From Chiloscyllium plagiosum (taxonomy: Eukaryota): 64,000 bases of DNA. The DNA is taken from positions 96,966,079 through 97,030,078 of the forward strand of contig NC_057718.1 in assembly GCF_004010195.1 (NCBI RefSeq), written 5' to 3'. Both the position numbers and the translations under genes were made by a program. The notes under the pieces were generated by a model that was not told the origin of the DNA, did not search any database, and was given only the letters and a program-made list of their open reading frames with translations. Positions 40,115-52,289 of the stretch are shown here, piece after piece. The first letter of the stretch is position 1. Every line of letters starts with the position of its first letter.

Positions 40115-40535
40115 TGGTTAAGTTAATCCCTTTCGACAGCGCCCAGTCTGGCACTCATACTATTTTAAATCTACTCAATATACACATTACAGATTGTTTA
40201 TACTCTGCATTTGAGGTGCAGTGTTACCGATAGTTCAGCAATTATACTCTCAAGGTGATGAATCCCTCTCCAAGCAGCATATTCTGTGCCTCAGTACAAT
40301 TGTTTGCATCTTATATTAGAAATGCAGCCACGAGGTAGACATTTCAAGTTTTGTTTACCCATTATCAGCAACGAGCAGGTTGTCCATCGCTCAGAGTATT
40401 GCAGGTATGACACTGAGCAGATGCAACTAATTATTTAACAACTTATCTCGCGTTGATCGCTCAATTAGTTTCATCAGCGCAGATCACCCACACAGCCTGC
40501 CTGACAAATGTGTCCCATGAAGTCCTGCAGAATGT
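40115..40535. repeat. Right arm of the inverted duplicated non-coding element (core 40367-40507)
   Basis: Reverse complement of 31410-31830. Confidence 0.92.
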
Positions 40536-40885
40536 GACCCTTTCTAATCCTTCAGCTCAGTGTTAATTTCTTCTCTGATTACACAGCGAGTGGTTAGGAC
40601 CTGGAATGCATTGCCTGTTAGCGTGCCAGAGGCAAGCTCGATCATGGCTTGCAAAAGGAAATTGGATAATTACCTGAAGATAATAACTTCCAGGACTTTG
40701 AGAAAAAAAATAGGAGCGTGGGGCTGGTTGAATGCTAGACATCTGCACAGTTACAATGGAGTGAATAGTCTTTTTCAGTCTTGCCTTGGTTCCATTCTGT
40801 GTGGTTCTTTGAAGCATCTTTGGACATCTACTGCCACAGAAATACACTAAACAACATTCATAATAATAACATTAATTAATCTAGG

Positions 40886-40975
40886 GTCATTGCCACTGCA
40901 CCACAAGAGCCTTAACTTCCAAAGCTGTAACTCAAGCTTTCAAATTCTGGCACCGGCGAATGTTTTGTGTGTTTA
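40886..40975 (+). repeat. 90-bp perfect direct repeat of 43492-43581
   Basis: gtcattgccactgcacc...ttgtgtgttta is identical at both positions. Confidence 0.95.
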
Positions 40976-41824
40976 CCCTGCACTCGAGGATAGAAGGTAC
41001 AGTAGTCATAATTAGATTAGATTTAGATTACTTTACAGTGTGGAAACAGGCCCTTCGGCCCAACAAGTCCACACCGACCCGCCGAAGCGCAAACCACCCA
41101 TACCCCTTCATGGGACCTGTCATCATTCTTGCATAAGGATCCTATCTGGTTCACTCGTAGGCTTCAGGGAAGGATATTTCCTGTCCTTACCCAGTCAGGC
41201 CTACGCATAATTCCAGAATTTTCTTAACTGCCCTGTGAACTGTTGGCGAGCAGATAGAGGAACAGGTGGTGTTGGAGAGTTGGGTGGTGGTTTGGTAACC
41301 TCACTGGGTGAGCAATCCAGCAACACAGGTTCAAATTCCATCCAGACAGGTAGTGGAATTTGAATTAAATTAAAACTTTTAACAAAATACAGCCAGTCTT
41401 TTGGTGACCATGTAACCATTGCCAATTGTCATTATAAACCTCTTTGGTTCACTTATGTCCTTTAGGGAAGGAAACTGCCATCTTTACCGGGTGTGGCCCA
41501 CATGTGACTCCAGACCCACAGCAATGGTTGACTCTTAATTGTCCTGGGCAATTAGTGATGGGTAATAAATGCTGGACCAGCCAATGACACGTGCACCATG
41601 AATAAATTTTGCAAAATACCTAGCTTGCCCTCCTCCCATGAAAGAAGAATTAAAAATATATGATTGTTTCGATTTATGTCACAAAATACAGCGGAAAGTG
41701 TTAAGTAGTGTCGCCACTCTCTGTGACATCTTAAAGGGAAAAATAAGCCAAACATAGAATATAAAGGCAGAAAAATGAAAAAAAAATAAAGAAAACTTGT
41801 TGAACTTTACAGTCCTTCTTGTTA

Positions 41825-42480
41825 TTGATTGATTGATTGATTTATTGTCATGTGTGCCGAAGAACAGAGAAAAGATTTGTTTATGAGCAGTACAAGCAGA
41901 CCATAGTAAGCAAGGATGTACAGATCAGAGAGACATAGACAGAGATATACAGGTTACTTTACACAGGATGTGCACAAGGGGAAATCAGCGTTAGCAAGGT
42001 CAGCATTATTTGAGGCTAGAGAGTCCATTCATCGGTCTAACAATGGCTGGGAAAAAGCTGTTCCTTGACCTGTTAGTGCATGTATTCAGGCTTTTGTATT
42101 TCCTGCCTGACAGAAGAGGTTGTAGGAGAGCACTACTGTGGTAGGAGGGATCTTTGATGATATTGGCAGCCTTTCTGCAGCAGTGAATCATGTAAATGGA
42201 GTCTACAGATGGAAGGTTGGCTTTTGTGATTGTCTGAACTGTGCACACCACTTTCTGTAGTTTCTCACAGTCCTGGGCAAAGTAGTTGCCGTACCAGGCC
42301 ATTATGCACCCGGAAAGTATGCTCTCACTGGTGCATCTGTAGATGTTGGTGAGGGTCCTTATGGACATGCCAAATTTCCTGAGCTGCCTGACGGAGAAGT
42401 GGTTTTGTTGTGCCTTCTTGACCATCTCATCTGTGTTCCGGTGATGTAGATGGAGGTGTGTTCTCCTCCTTCCTTTCTTA
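41825..42480 (-). mobile_element. Rex1/Babar-like LINE 3' fragment
   Basis: VKKAQQ...LRKFGMS.RTLTN.YRCT.ESILSGCI.AWYGN...AANIIKDPS...RNSFFP; (aatc)n tail. Confidence 0.85.
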
Positions 42481-42949
42481 GGTGCCCCATCGTGGGACTG
42501 GTGACCAGGCACATGTCCCCCTTACTGTGGCACCACCATGGAACAGAAGTCGCCACTCTTTGGCACTGTGTTGCTTCTATTGATGCCCTCACCATTATGA
42601 GTCCTCGATCGACCTCACCGATGCAGATGTCACTGGGCACCGCATTGACCCAAACTCAACTCTGGCAGCGCCATGAGTCTGCTTTGCTCCCACCTTGCCA
42701 ATGCAGCAGCTACTGATGTTGCCAGATCTCTGACTGGGCCTAAACTCACCACCACCACCTCCTCCATAAATCTGCTGGATACGTGAAATGCACTTCATTT
42801 GCCCAGAAAGGCAGTAATCCCACTTGCAGGTTGACATCTAATTTTCTTTTTGTAAACCTGCATCATCCAGGTCGTTGGAATTTGCTTCCTGTCTCTGAAT
42901 GTGCTGGTTTTTAAATTTTCCAATTAACCTGTTCCGAGCCATTGAGTAA

Positions 42950-43425
42950 GTAATACAGTGTGGAAACAGGCCCTTTGGCCCAAACTGGTCAATGCTCAGC
43001 TAATTCCAATTGCCTGCATTTGGTCCATTTTCCTCTCAACCCTTCCCATCCATGTACCTATCCAAATGTTTTTAAATGTTGCTGTTGTACCTGCCTCAAC
43101 TACTTTCTCTGGCAGCCCCCTCCACATACACACCACTCCCTGCGTGACACAGTTGCCCCTCAGGCACTTCTGAAATCTTTCCTCTCTCACCTTAAACCTA
43201 GTTTTCAATTCCTCAACCCTGGGGAAAAAGGCTGTATCATCTTATCTATGCTCTTCATGATTCTATGCACATCAATAAGGTCACCCATTATCTCCTTTTG
43301 TTCTCAGGAACAAAGTCCTATCCTGGCCAATCTCTCCAGGCCTAGTTGTCCTGGCAACATCCTTGTAAATCTTCTGTGCACTGTTTCCAGTTTAACTCTG
43401 TTTTTCCTGTAACAGGGTGACCAAA
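42950..43425 (-). mobile_element. CR1 3' fragment
   Basis: FKVREERF...LPEKVVEAGT remnant. Confidence 0.8.
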
Positions 43426-44249
43426 AAGATATTGTCGCACACCTCTGGAGCAGATAGGACATGAACTTGGGCTTCCTGGCTCAGAGGTAGAGTCATTGCC
43501 ACTGCACCACAAGAGCCTTAACTTCCAAAGCTGTAACTCAAGCTTTCAAATTCTGGCACCGGCGAATGTTTTGTGTGTTTATTGAGTCGGGTAGTCTGGG
43601 TTTAATTTCCAAGATTAACTTCACTTCCACCCCCCTCCCCCCACCCTATCAGTCACTATCACACCATGAACATCTTTATTCAAAACCATTTTACAAGCAC
43701 CTGTCCCTCACAGAAGGTGGAAGGGATTGTTCTATGGGTATGTTTACCAGCTGGGGAATACTCCTCCTTCAGTTGATGTGGAGAAAGTAATAGTCTGAGT
43801 GGTCTCGCAGTGGCGTGCGTTCCCATGTTGTTTCACCTTTCCCTGGCATTGGTAGCTGCCACGATATCTGTACAGAAGAGCCACACATTGGGACAGAAGC
43901 TAAAGAATGAATGCTGAGTGCTGGCTGAACAATCCAAAGTTAATCTTCTTCAAGTTGGCTACTTAGGAGTTCCAACCCAAAGCATGTACATATGCCTTTT
44001 TTAGCTGTTAATATTTTGGGTAGGAGAGATTGGAAGCAAAGTACACGTGCTAAAGACGCTAAGAGATATGGAGGCAATACAGGGGAATGGTGTTGAAGTT
44101 AAGGACTAGCCATGGGCTAGTCCACTGGTGGAGTAACCTTGAGGGGCCGAATGGTCGACTCCAATTTGTGAAAATTAACTTGCATTTCTGGAACTTTAGT
44201 CTTTCCAGCAGGTTCTGCGATTTTTATCGACTTGTCTCTATTAACTTTG

Positions 44250-44399
44250 CAAAGGTGAAGACTGCAGTTGCTGGAAACCAGAGTATAGGTCAAAGTGGTG
44301 CTGGAAAAGCACAGCAGGTCAGGCAGCATCCGAGGAGCAGGAAAATCAACGTTTCGGGCAAAAGCCCTTAATCAGAAATAGAGGCAGGAAGCCTCCAGG
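44250..44399 (-). mobile_element. Penelope-like mini insertion (family A)
   Basis: 11-bp TSD TATTAACTTTG at 44239-44249 and 44400-44410; hammerhead core mutated to CTGATTA. Confidence 0.8.
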
Positions 44400-44624
44400 T
44401 ATTAACTTTGACTTGCAGTCACTCCAGGCCCACTCCTGATTGCACTGCCCCAACCTTGGCTAGGTTTTACCGCTCAAATCCACCAGAGTTTATGTTTAAG
44501 ATCTGCCTGGAGGGCTAAAATTAAGGTAAACACTACAGCAACTCTACGATCTTTCTTGGGTCAACCACCATCGCCTGTGTGAGATGGTTTGAGTACTTCT
44601 CTATGTCTTAGCCCATTGAACATA

Positions 44625-44935
44625 GACTCCTTACAGTGTAGGAACAGGCCATTCGGTTCAACAGGTCCACATTGACCCTCAGAAGTGCACCACAGCCAGA
44701 CCCATCCCTCCATTTTCCTTGACTCATCCACCTAGCCTGCACACTATAAGAAATTTAGCATGGCCAATACACTTAACCTGCCCACCTTTGGAGGAAAGTG
44801 AAGCACCTGGAGGAAACCCATGCAGACACATGGAGGAGGTGCAAGCTCCACACAGACCATAGCCTGAGGCTAGAATCGAACCCGCATCCTTGATGCTGTA
44901 AGGCAGCAGTGCTAACTACTGAGCCACTGTGTCAC
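44625..44935 (-). mobile_element. HE1-like V-SINE
   Basis: V-domain and tRNA head on the minus strand. Confidence 0.8.
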
Positions 44936-45450
44936 AACAGATACCACAAAGACATGGTTCTCGCTAGGACAGATATCTTGTAGTTTATTAACGATAACTA
45001 TTTATATAGCTTCAAGATCTCAGACGTGCACTTAGCCTAGGCTTTCGACTTTTTATATTGCAGCTACATTACATGACTGTATGACTGTGCACAGCTGGCT
45101 AGATAGTGCACTGACTCTGTTGAACTGTGTCACTGAAGATCAGGCAAGGACTATCATTGGAACTTCGCGTGTCATCGTGTGTCTTAAAGGTACACTGCCT
45201 GTCTGAGATTAATAACACAAGCACAGTCAACCATTTGTGACTCTCTTAACTGCCTTTCTTTTTAGACTTTCTGAATCCCTTAAATAGAAATGAGGATTTG
45301 ATTCTGAAGGTGTAGTTGAACTCCTAGATCCCCCTCCCTGCAGTACAGGAAGAGGTTTGGCCCAGTGAGTCCACACCGATCCTCCAAAGAGCAATCCATC
45401 CAGACCCCACCCCCACCCTATCCCTGTAACCCTGCATTTCCCATGGCTTA

Positions 45451-45922
45451 GGAGAAAGTGAGGACTGCAGATGTTGGAGACCAGAATTGAAAAGTGTGAT
45501 GCTGGAAAAGCGCAGCAGGCCAGGCAGCATCCGAGGAGCAGGAGAATCGACGTTTCGGGCATAAGCCCTTCTTCAGGAATGAGGCTGGTGTGCCAAGCAG
45601 GCTGAGATAAAAGGTGTGTGGCGGGGGGAGGGAATTTGGGGGAGGGGCGCAGGCCAGGCTTTGGCGATGGAGGAGGCCAAGGACCTGCATGTCCTTGGCG
45701 GAGTGGGAGGGGGAGTTAAAGTGTTCAGCCACAGGGCGGTTGGGTTGGTTGGTGCGGGTGTCCCAGAGGTGTTCCCTGAAAAGTTCTGCAAGTAGGTTGC
45801 CTGTCTCCCCAATGTAAAGGAGACGACATCAGGTGCGGCGGATGCAGTAAATGATGTGTGTGGAGGTGCAGGTGAATTTGCGACGGATATGGAAGGATCC
45901 ACTGGGGCCTTGGAAGGAGGTG
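45451..45922 (-). mobile_element. Penelope-like retroelement 3' fragment: GIY-YIG remnant plus terminal repeat with hammerhead-like core, nested in an HE1 SINE (45335-46148)
   Basis: FTCTSTHIIYCIRRT*CRLLYIGETGNLLAELFREH...PVAEHFNSPSHS; TSD ATGGCTTA at 45443-45450 and 45923-45930; CTGAAGA-A-GGGC-TTAT-GCCC-GAAACGTC at 45576-45549. Confidence 0.88.
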
Positions 45923-46641
45923 ATGGCTTACCCAACTATCCTGCACATCCCTGGACACTATGAGCAATTTAGCGTGGCCAATCCACCCTAACCTGCTCAT
46001 CTTTGGACTGTGGGAGGAAACCGGAGCACCTGGAAGAAATCCACGCAGACACTGAGAGAACGTGCAAAGTCCACACAGATATTTCATCCTCGGATGACTC
46101 GAATCTGGTGCTGCGAGGCAGCAGTGCTTACCACTGAGTCACTGGGCCATACAAGATAATGGAGTCAGAAAAAGGATTTTGCTGTCTGTTTCCAGAAAAG
46201 AGATGAAGTGACTGGAGGTCGAAACCCAGGGTTGAATGTACTATGTGTACAGTGCGCATGACCAACTATATATTTGAGAGAATACAAACTGCGAAGGAGC
46301 TGGGAGAGGCTCAGGTGCTCATCAGATACCTGGGGGAAGCAAAGACCCAGTGAAGCATTGGAGCAAGTCTAGCAGAGATTAGAAGCCAGCATGAGGCAAA
46401 CCCGTATGAGGCACATGGGTGACATGAGGAGAAGTTACACTGGGGTGAAAGCAGTGATAATCAGCACCGGTGACTAACTTAACTTGGGATGGCAACAATT
46501 TGGGGTAAAGCATGGCAGCTAATCGGGACATGGGGGAGAGTGTGGCTGTCAGCAGTGCCACAAATAGCAAAGCAACAAACAGAGCACACAAAAGAAAGAT
46601 GTGGAGGGCCCCCATTTCAGAAACCGCACTAAACCAGGGCC

Positions 46642-47375
46642 TCATAGAGTCTGACAGCACAGAGACAGACCCTTTGGCCCAAACTGGTCCATATTGACCA
46701 AAATGACTGTCCACACTAACCCCATTTCCCTGCACTTGGCCCATGTCCTTCCAATCCTTTCCAATCCATGTATTTGTCCAAATGCCTTTTAAATGTTGTT
46801 AATGTACCCGCCTCAACCACTTCTGCTCACAGCTCCTGCTGCGTACCACCCTCTGTGTAAAAAAGTTGTCCTTTAGGTTCCCTTTTATTCTTTCCCCTCT
46901 CATCTTAAACTAATGCCCTCTCGTCCTTGATTCCCCAACCCTGGGGAAAAGACTGAGTGCATTCTCCCTATCCATGCCTCTCACGATTTTAGAAGCACTA
47001 GCTTTTGAAGGAGCAGTGAAGGAGCAGCGCTCTGAAAGCTAGTGCTTCCAAATAAACCTGTTGAATTATAACCAGGTGTTGTGTGATTTTTAACTTTGTC
47101 CACCCCCAGTCCAACACCGGCTCCTCTAAGTCATCTCATGATTGTATACACTTCTGTAAGATCCCCTCACAGTCTGCTACGCTCTAAAGAAAAAAACTCC
47201 TAGCTTGTCCAACCTCTCCCTCTCACTCAGTCCCTTGAGTCCAGGCAACATCCTTGTAAATTCCTTCTGAACTCTTTCCAGTTTAATAACACCCTTGCTA
47301 TAGGAGGTGACCAAAACTGAACACAATACTCCAAGTGTGGCCTTGCCGTTGTGCTGTACAACTGCAACATAACAT
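46642..47375 (-). mobile_element. CR1 3' fragment interrupted by a family-B mini-element (46990-47133)
   Basis: RPHLEYCVQFWSP remnant; insert flanked by tctcacgatt / tctcatgatt. Confidence 0.82.
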
Positions 47376-48399
47376 ATCTTCCCTCACCTCTGGATGTGAG
47401 AGATCTCAGGGTACGACTTCGACGAAAGGGGAGGTTGTTCTCTGTCTGTCTCCCTTTCTCCCTTTCCCTCAAGCACCCCTGCTTACCTTCTCTCCCTATC
47501 CCCAAATGTTCCGGTCAACATTTGCCAACCGTTCAACGTCGCATGGAAAAAGCTCATCTGATCACCGTCAGATGGCTATTTGTGGGACCTTGCAGATTAC
47601 AAATTGGCTGCTGTGTTTCCTGCGCCACATCATGCCTCCTTCTGGCCAGTGGATACGTGCCTCAAAGTGCTTTTGGGGTGAATTTCACACGTTTTGAAGG
47701 AAGCTCATTGAAACGTCCGGTGGTTGTGATCGGCGCTAGCTGGATGCAAGTCTTTGGTGATTAGTGGAGGCATGTACAGTATGTTTTGGGAGCACAGCTA
47801 ACAATAGAGTGGTGAGGAAGATTGTGTCTAACTGTGATGGTGGGGGAGTTGGCGGTCGATAAGGGCCAAAATTTGGCCTATGTCTCCCCTGAAGGGAAAT
47901 ACACCAACTACATCATTCAAGCCCATCGCCAACCTCCTGATACAATTTCATGGATTCAGTTGGAATCAGTGGCCAGTTTCTGGCTGTAGCCTGACAGATC
48001 GAACAGTGGGTGAGGCACCTTGCTTGTCACTTAGACCTGTGGAATGGTGCCAGTCTTAGGCAGAGCTGGTGAGTGTCTCTCCTGACCTGGGGGACCCAGT
48101 TAAGGGATTTAAGCAGCCAACTCGTCGTGACTTAAGGGCCTCTCCTATCTCCCAACGCTGCTTCTCCTTTTAAAGAAACTCCTGTCACCGATAAGGAGAG
48201 AGCCCGTGCCATGTGGTAAGGTTGCTAAGTTGTGGACCGAGGGAGGAGTTGTCTCCTGCTCAGACACTCTGTGCCCAACAGCAGGTCGCTCGATGGAAGG
48301 GGCTGTGCTTTCTTCCAAAGCTTGAGGAGGCTTACACGCCTCTGAATTCCCAGCCGGAGGTCAGGATGACCCCACCTCACCCCACCCCCTCCATCCATC

Positions 48400-49210
48400 A
48401 TCTTGCTACAGTCAAGAAAGCACACCAACACCCCTACTTCCTCAGGAGACTAAGAAAATCCAGCATATCCAGAACAACTCTTCGCAATTTTTATAGAGTT
48501 AAAAATCACACAACACCAGGTTATAGTCCAACAGGTTTAATTGGAAGCATTAGCTTTCGGGGGGGCGCTCCTTCATCAGGTAATAGTCAGATGAAGGAGC
48601 GTCGCTCCGAAAGCTAATGTGCTTCCAATTAAACCTGTTGGACTATAACCTGGTGTTGTGTGATTTTTTAACTTTGTACACCCCAGTCCAATACCAGCAT
48701 CTCCAAATCAATTTTTATAGATCCACCATTAGAAAGTTTCCTAACTGGATGATCACAGCTTGGTGTGGCAACAGCTCTGCCCAAGATCGCAAGGAACTCC
48801 GGAGAGTTCTGAACGCAGCCCAGATCATCACTCCAACCAGCGTTCCATCCACTGACTTCATCTATACTCCCCGCTGCCTCGGGAAAGCTGCCAACATCAT
48901 CAAAGACCCTTCCCACCCCGATTATACTTTCTTCCATCCTCTTCCATTGGAAGAAGATCCAAAAGTTTGAAAACATACACTAACAGATTCAAGAACAGCT
49001 TCTTCCCTGCTGTTATCAGATTTATGAATGGACCTTTCATATATTAGGGTTGATCTTTCTCTGCACGTTCTCTGTAGCTGTAACACTATATTCTGCATTC
49101 TGTTCTATGACCCTGATGTACTTCTGTAAGGTAGGATTTGGCTGGTTAGCACGCAAATCAATACTTTTTACTGTATCTTAGTACATGTGACAATAATAAA
49201 TCAAATCAAA
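48400..49210 (+). mobile_element. Rex1/Babar-like LINE 3' fragment hosting a hairpin insertion
   Basis: VKKAHQHPYFLRRLRK...NFYR|...AWCGNSSAQDRKELRRV...AANIIKDPSHP; (caaat)n tail. Confidence 0.85.
48498..48708. mobile_element. Palindromic Penelope-like mini-element (family B) with two opposed hammerhead-like cores
   Basis: 13-bp TSD CAATTTTTATAGA at 48485-48497 and 48709-48721; ~80-bp inverted arms. Confidence 0.85.
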
Positions 49211-52200
49211 TGTATGTGTAATTGGGCTATGATGCCCTTCAATGGTGGGCTGTTCCTCCAGCATTCACCATGATGGTCAAGAATATTACTTGGTAAAGGC
49301 TGAAGAGAGCTCCTGGCACATGCGTGGGCACAGGCAGCAGGCATGAGCTGTCACCTTCAAGAAGGGCTGCAAAAGAAAAGGAAGGTTCCATGTTTAAAAT
49401 TGGGACACTAAGTAGCATGTCTGTGCAAAATATCAATGAGATAATGGGGATCAAATTGCTGTCCTTGTAATGGCAGCTAAACTCAGATACAATAACATTT
49501 TTTTTTCTGTCACGGGACAGAGTATGGAGTAGTCCTTCCTCTACTGAAGTAAAGAAAAGATATTCCCAACCAGACACACAGACATTAAGAGTGGTATAAG
49601 TTTTGTTTATTCAAGGTTATGCTGGTTAGTGTGCAGTGTTTGAAGGTGGTTTAATCAGCATTGAGCAAGAGATTTGTAAGTGCAGCCATGATTGGGAAAG
49701 CATTGATGAAATACTCACCCCTCGATGACTTGGAGTGCTCCATTAAATCACACAGTAATGACGGGAAGTGGCCCGCAGTGTACAGTATTGTAATCGACAG
49801 GCTGTGTATGTGACTACAGACAATTCCTGACCCTTCTGAGCTTGCAGAATATCAACTTGTAGGCCAGGTAATTTTAATGTATGAGCATCTCTCCAGCAGC
49901 TTGCTGGAGTCATTTGTCGAGAAGTGGTGAAGCTTATGTGAAGTGTAAATGGGATTGACTTGTGAATAAATCAGATCAGTGGACAAGTTCCAGTGCAAAT
50001 GACAATCTTGCAAGGGTTGACTTCTTTTCTTAGAAACAGCATTCTATAACTACCCTGTATTCGTTTATGATTTCCAAGCAGATATTGTGCAAGTGCTAAT
50101 CCACATGATCTGTATTTCTTTCTCATAATGGAGTAGTTAGGCATTGTGGCTCATTTGCCTGCATTTTGCCTTGCAACTATATACACATGTTAAGCCTATG
50201 ATTGGGTCTGTGTATGGCTATTTTCTCTGTTGCGAACGATTATTTGAATTTCTGGATTTTTTCTTTTTCTAGTTTGCAACGTATCACTATTTGATAGAAT
50301 TTACTTTGGGACCAGTATCTGTAAGCGGGCTGATGTTTATGCCTACTCTTGTGCATCTGGTTATACCCTGCATGTTCAAAATCACTTTGCAAGCAACTTC
50401 TGGAGAATATTTCCAGAAATGTGTTTTCCGAGGCAGTTTGAGCATCTTTTTGAATTGAACTAAAGTGAAAGCAACTCATTGACTTGAAAACATTCCATAT
50501 TTATGGCACACTTGTCTGAAACCGTTCCAAACATGTTCTTATTCCCAGGCTGCAGTGGGTTGGTGGATTGCCATGGGAAAGTTGGCTGTTTGCCATATAC
50601 AATTCGCCATCTCATTTAAATCTAATACTGTGACTGTGGGACGTCCATTCTGACCAGTAATCTCCTCGAATCGTTCTCATAAGCAACTGCAAGAATGCTG
50701 ATGCGCTGCCAAATGGATGTATCAGGGCTATTTGCTGGGAACATGGACACTATTTGTACAGAAACAAGGAAAGAAAGGATTTGTATTTAGAAAGCAAGTG
50801 TCAAGCTCTCCCACGGCCACTGAAAAACGTGTGAAATATCACTGTTCTAAGTGTATATACAGGGCACATGGGGTCCTTCGGTCCATCAAGCCTGCAGTGA
50901 CAAGAGACTACTCCGAAGGGCTTTTGCCTGAAACGTCAATTCTCCAGCTGCCTGACCTGCTGTGCTTTTCCAGCACCACACTCTCGACTCTGAATCTACA
51001 CTCATCCCACTTTCCAGCACCTGCTGCACAGCCTTGAATGTTATTGCAATAAGTATTTTTTAAAAGTTGAGGTTTCTCCTGTCAACTATACTCCCAGGCA
51101 CAGCACCCCAGATTCCCACCAGCTTCTGGGTGGGAAAACAAAATGTTCTGATGTCCCTTCTCCCTCATAATGAGGAGCCATAATGATTTGTGGGCAGCAA
51201 GATCCCACAATTAGCAACAAGCATACAGTCAGGTGATGGGTTGGGTTGGGTTGGGTGGGTTGCCTGGGAGAAAGCCCTCTTTGTTTGTCTGGTTTGTACC
51301 ATGTGAGAGGGCAGGTGGGGTTTCAGTTTGGCACGTGCTCTGAAAGGCATCACCTCCAACCGTGTGGCGCACTGGGGTGTTAGCTGAGATTATGGGCTCA
51401 ATTCTCTGGATCAGGAGACCCGCTTCAGACTCTGAGGTCATGACACTACAAAACGAACACAATTGACTCTTTAAACTGTATTTTATGATTTTCTAATGAG
51501 GGACTCCACTTGATCCCTATGTACTACTTAAGGAGGGCTGGGTCCTAGATGAAGGAGGCTAACTACAGGTGCAAAATGCAGCAAATCAAACTCGAGAGAG
51601 AGAGAAAAAGAGAGAAAAAGGGAGACTGTCATGTTATCTTCTCCCAGGGCAGGCTCTGACACTGGTAATCCTTCATTTTGCTAATCTGTTTGGTTTGCCT
51701 TAACTGTGTGACATTATGCGACCCTACAGTTACCGTTTGGAGTGTGGAACCCCCGTGTTGCTTTTAGTCACCTCCACCGATGTGAAAGACTTTGATATAT
51801 TGTAAGTTGTGGCAGCTGATTCTGCAGATCGTTTTCAACGCCTGCGATTTTCAAGAAAATGGCAGATTTCTTGTGGGGGAGCTGTTCACGTCATCCGGTG
51901 CACTCTCTCTTTCGCAATTATCTATATACATCATAAAAACATTTCGGTTAAATGCAGTTATCTGAAAATCCAGCTGAAGTCCTGCCAAGACTGATAGCAG
52001 CTGCAGTTTCTAATTGCAGTCCATCCTAAACACACTGATATTCCTGCTCCAAGCTTAGCTCACATCCAGATGGTCATTACATATTAACCCATTATCACGG
52101 AGCATGAGACTTTGTTTTTAGCAATGTGTGTGTGTTTGTGTGTACATGGGAGCAGTGGTACCCAAGTATTCTCTGTATCTTTTTATTCTTGTCTTTGAAT

Positions 52201-52289
52201 CCTGTCTTACGAAAATCAAATGCACACACAATTTCTGCGTAACTGTCATCATTGCCCCAATTAACCTCTGCGACTTCGGCGACTTCAAA

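Noticed and set aside
44940..45330. Possible solo LTR (also 16030-16180)
   Set aside because: An AATAAA-like signal is present, but no TG...CA ends or TSD could be established.
47830..48370. GC-rich segments (also 18200-19010, 22940-23500, 23950-24510) as promoters or CpG islands
   Set aside because: They are CpG-poor and look like decayed non-autonomous repeats; family and ends could not be defined.
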